From: the human T2T-CHM13v2.0 reference genome, Homo sapiens
DNA: 64,000 nucleotides
Strand: one strand, 5' to 3'
Assembly: GCF_009914755.1 (NCBI RefSeq)
Contig: NC_060937.1
Shown: in pieces, positions 54,221-64,000 of the stretch
Layout of the letters: each line of letters starts with the position of its first letter
Numbering within the stretch: position 1 is the stretch's first letter
Notes under the pieces: generated by a model
Told to the model about the DNA's origin: nothing
Databases searched by the model: none
Seen by the model: only the letters and a program-made list of their open reading frames with translations
Program-made: the position numbers and the translations under genes

Positions 54221-55928
54221 ATGCCTGTAACAACCCCTTCCAAACACTGTTTTAGAATCTTCCAAATATTTTCAAGGACATGTCCCCCTGAAAAAACTCC
54301 TATCTGTGTTTTTGTTCAAAATTATGTTATGAGCCACAGATTAGGTATAGCAACTAAATACTTTAGTCAGGAAAATAATATAAAACAAATGTTGAGAAGT
54401 CGAGCTGGAATACGTTATTCTTGTCAAAAGTAAAAGCGTTGGTAGATTTTATTAATTAAAATTGTAGGAAAAATATGGTAGTATTGAAAAGTTTTTAAAG
54501 TACATCATGTTCTTTTGAGGGTTTTCTTTTTTTAATTCAATTAATGAAATTAAGATAGCATGCCATTCTCTTGGTACTTTCTAAGTGTGCATCAAATATT
54601 TATGCTTCTCGAGATACTTTCTTGAAGCATTTGTTTATTTTTCTAGCTAAGTATCATTGAGACAATATTTCTGTTATTAAAAACATTGTTTGGAAGATTT
54701 CTGCAGCTTGTTAAATTATACACAGTGTCAGTAAATACTCGTTGGTCAAATTTCAAATAAGAGATAAAACTTGGAAAAAGAAGAACATTTAGCATCTGCA
54801 AAATTATATCACATTAAAGTATTGCCAGAGGAAGTGCAATCTTGTAGGGAAATTGTGTGTCTTTTGGACTATTTGAAGTAAATGTATTCAATTGAATAAA
54901 TAAGGGATATGGTTTAAAAATAGGAATGACAATTTCTTTTAAACAACATTCCATATGCAAGTAAATGTAACAACAGGATTTATATAAATATATTAAAGCA
55001 TTATAATTTAACATTAGTCATGGTGACAATAATGTGTGCGTGAAGGTACTTTTCAGCCTAGAAAACTATATTAATGGAGAGGTTATAGAGTGTGACTTTA
55101 GAAGGACATTGTCTTATTAGATCAAATGTCACCTAAAATAACAATTAGATCAAACATGTATATTTGACTCACTTATTTTGTAGTTGTTGGATTCCCTCCA
55201 CCCGTAATCCTGGAGTCCTGGATTGAAACTGTCCTCTTGAATCACAGGCAGGACCAATCAAATCCGAACCCGCTAAAGGAGGCTGATTTGAATGGAAGAG
55301 AGAGCCACATTTATACACAAAGCATCTGAGTGAGGTTGGTTTCTGTTTGCTTCAAATTTAGGAGCAGCATTCTATCTTTGCCAATGCTCACAATAAAAAA
55401 TGAGATTTTTATTTTTTCCAGCAGAGACATTTAAAATTATATCAGAACTGCTAAATTATAGAACAGTATTTTCACAGAAATGTTGATGGACAATGTAGAC
55501 ATACCTTAAAATCTAAGCAAGGAATTGCTCGTTGAGTATTATGGCCTGTTGGGAGACTCAGCCATTGTTTACCTTGGGAAGCTCCTTAAATTTAGGCATT
55601 TCACATGATTTGATGAATAATACAGTAGTGTCCAGCAAAGGAAGTTCAGAGTCCTCATTTATTTACTCATTTGAAGCCAGCTTCTCTAAAAACATCTTGC
55701 CTCCTATGTTTCTTTTATTACTATTATTATACTTTAAGTTCTAGGGTACATGTGCGCAACGTGCAGGTTTGTTACATATGTATACATGTGCCACATTGGT
55801 GTGCTGCACCCATTAACTCGTCTTTTACATTAGGTATTTCTCCTAATGTTATCCCTCCCCACTTCCCCCACCCCACACAGGTCCTGGTGTGTGATGTTCC
55901 CCACCCTGTGTCCGAGTGTTCTCATTGT

Positions 55929-59729
<3,801 letters not shown>

Positions 59730-59792
59730 TATGATGTTAGCTGGTTATTTTGCTCGTTAGTTTGTGCAGTTTCTTCCTAGCATCGATGGTCT

Positions 59793-61144
<1,352 letters not shown>

Positions 61145-62489
61145 CTTTGTGGTTTTATCTACCTTTAGTCTTTGATGATGGTGACCTAGAGATGGGGTTT
61201 TGGTGTGGATGTCCTTTATGTTTGTTAGTTTTCCTTCTAACAGTTAGGACCCTCAGCTGCAGGTCTGTTGGAGTTATCTGGAGGTCCACTCCAGACCCTG
61301 TTTACCTGGGTATCACCAGCGGAGGCTGCAGAACAGCAAATATTGCAGAACAGCAAATGTGGCTGCCTGATCCTTCCTCTGGAAGCTTCGTCTCAGAGGG
61401 GCAACCGGCTGTATGAGATGTCAGTTGGCCCCTACTGGGAGGTGTATCCCAGTTAGGCTACTCGGGGGTGAGGGACCCACTTGAGGAGGCAGTCTGCCCA
61501 TTCTCAGATCTCAAACTCCGTGCTTGGAGAACCACTACTCTCTTCAAAACTGTCAGACAGGGATGTTTAAGTCTGCAGAAGTTTCTGCTGCTTTTTATTC
61601 AGCTATGCCCTGCCCCGAGAGGTGGAGTCTACAGAGGCAGGCAGGCCTCCTTGAGCTGCGGTGGGCTCCACCCAGTTTGAGTCCTGGCTGCTTTGTTTAC
61701 CTACTCAAGCCTCAGCAATGGTGGATTCCCCTCCCCCAGCCTCGCTGCTGCTTTGCAGTTCAATCTCGGACTGCTGTGCTAGCAGTGAGCAAGGCTCCGT
61801 GGGTGTGGGACCCTCCAAGCCAGTCATGGGATATAATGTCCCGGTGTGCCGTTTGGTAAGACCATTGGAAAAGCACAGTATTAAGGTGGGAGTGTCCTGA
61901 TTTTCCAGGTACTGTCTGTCACAGCTTCCCTTAGCTAGGAAAGGGAATCTCCTGACCTCTTGAGCTTCCCAGGTGAGGCAATGCCCCACCCTGCTTCAGC
62001 TCACACTCTGTGGGCTGCACCCACTGTCCAACAAGCCCCAGTGAGATGAACCTGGTACCTCAGTTGGAAATGCAGAATTCACCTGTCTTCTGCGTTGCTC
62101 ACACTGGGAGCTGTAGCCTGGAGCTCTTCCTATTCAGCCATCTTGGAACCCTCTCCCTCACCTCCTACATTTCTTATCTGGATCATTCTACAAGGCATTC
62201 CAAACCAAAGGAGAAGCACTTTATTAACCAAGGCAGTTTTACCTTTACTGTTAATAAATTATTTACTTAGGTCTTGCATATATCCAGAATCTACCTGTGC
62301 ACCTAAGTAAATAAATGTTTGTGGAATAAATAAAACTGGGTATAGCCTTTTCATCTGATGTTGTGGTGATTGGTGCAGAGAATTCACCTGCAGCCAAACA
62401 TTCTAACAGAATGATGAAGCTTAGACTAGTCAGCTCAGCAGTGTTCAACAGGTGGCCTGCGAACGTGGGAAAATTGGAGGCTAGGGTAG

Positions 62490-62680
62490 TTTGCAAGGGT
62501 TCAGTATACTCACATCTTTCTAGCTCTGTGACCTCAAGCAAGTTAATCCCTCAAGGCCTCAGGTTCTTCATTTATAAAATAACTACACTAATAACATATA
62601 CTTACACTTATAATGGCAAGTGGATAATTAGCACAATGCTTACCACAGGATAAGTCCCCAGTAAGTCATAGCTCTTATGA
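62490..62680 (+). mobile_element. MIR fragment
   Basis: tagctctgtgacctcaagcaagttaatccctcaaggcctcaggttcttcatttataaaat. Confidence 0.7.
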
Positions 62681-64000
62681 TTTTATAGACTGAATAAATT
62701 CCATTTTATATGCTAGTATATTTTAGAATTTTGAGATTTTAGGTGCACATTCACTTAATAGAAGTCCTGATTTATTTATATATGTATACTTATTAATATG
62801 TGTGTATATGTATCTATATTTTTAATCAATGGAGAATGAAGGTAAATCTTATATGTGGTCAATATAGTTTTGTTAGGAAATTGGTCCTCATATGTTTAAA
62901 GCTTGAAAACCATAATTCTACGTGACATTTCAGAATCACAGGTTTGAAACCTGAAGTCCAGAGAGATGGAATGATGAGCTCCAGGACACGGTTGTCACAG
63001 GAAAAGCAGCATCCGGGTTGCAGAGTCCCTCTTTCCTTGTGACTTACTGGGCCTCTCAAAAGAGGGGAGAAGGTGGAGATCATCAGTATCCTTACCATAG
63101 AAAGTCCATAGGAGGTCAGGGTTATGTCCATTTTCAGATCAAAACTTGAAAAAATCATGGTCATACTTTTTATTATAAGCATATCAGAGGGTTTTTGTAA
63201 GAGTTACACTTTTTCAAGTCTGAAAATTAATTATTACATTGAAAATTTAGTAATAGGGTTTATATGAATCAGATGAGATTTTTCAGAATAGCAATGCAAT
63301 TTTACAAATTGACATTGTTTGGATATAGGGCAGTATTATTGTTTTATACCGATTTAAACACTTCAAGATGTTTCTGTTAATCAGCGTTACTGAATTTTTT
63401 CAACTGCCTTCCTTCATGACTTTGTTAATTTCAGCCTGAGTTTCTGTGGTAGGAGATGAGGTATAATCATGGCCTCAGTTAAAAAAAAATTAAGCCTACT
63501 TGTCGACAAACATTTTCATTATTGCCAAAACTCAATTGCTATAACACTTCTAAAGAGCTCATAAATTACTTAAAACTGTGTGTTCTACACTTTCCCCAAG
63601 AAATCTCCATGGAAAGCAATGTAAATGGTGTGTAGTTTTTGATGAATTATGCTGCTCTTGCTCCTAATACAAGGTTGAGTTTCTCGTTATTAAATGGTCC
63701 TGAGCCAAGATTGTTGGTGGCCTAATGGTCAATTAAATTTCAAATGAACTTCAAAGACCAGGATTAAGATTTCCCTTTACTTTTAATTCTTTAATAATAA
63801 TTTACTCAAATCCCTAGGAAAATTGTAAATGCACTTCATTTGCAGTCAGTGTTGAATAATTATAAAATATTGTTTTCTAAGTTTTTTTTTTTTTTACAAT
63901 GGAACCTTTTAAAATAGCAGAGCTGACAATCATTAGAATGACAATACAGTTAGAAGTAACAATGGCTATGCCACCATGTCACAAATGCAATATTGCACCA

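Noticed and set aside
61328-61360. gcagaacagcaaat duplication in the L1 5'UTR
   Set aside because: As I recall, this is a normal feature of older L1PA 5'UTR consensus sequences and not specific to this locus.

Overview
This window is eukaryotic primate genomic DNA, and human judging by the AluYb8 insertion. It is the 5' part of the IRS2 (insulin receptor substrate 2) locus on the minus strand. Positions 1-14684 are IRS2 intron 1. Positions 14685-18696 are the coding part of exon 1 (4012 nt, 1337 codons plus 1 nt; the last codon and stop lie in exon 2, outside the window to the left). The 5'UTR and promoter follow at about 18697-19700, inside a ~6 kb CpG island. The remaining ~43 kb is upstream non-coding DNA with Alu, MIR, L2, old L1M, MLT1 and hAT elements, a decayed ERV-L gag/pro/pol relic, a minisatellite and a full-length L1PA. 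I found no evidence for a novel multi-gene system; nearly all other ORFs in the track are GC-rich shadows or repeat-derived. The most promising leads are: (i) the only upstream ATG opens a 60-codon ORF in frame with IRS2, separated from it by a single TAG and then 117 open codons containing a well-placed CUG; (ii) a templated-insertion repair scar in L1 ORF2; (iii) an internally deleted duplicate of an ERV-L segment; (iv) two dimeric tandem repeats. Repeat family calls and boundaries are by eye from remembered consensus sequences, not from RepeatMasker.
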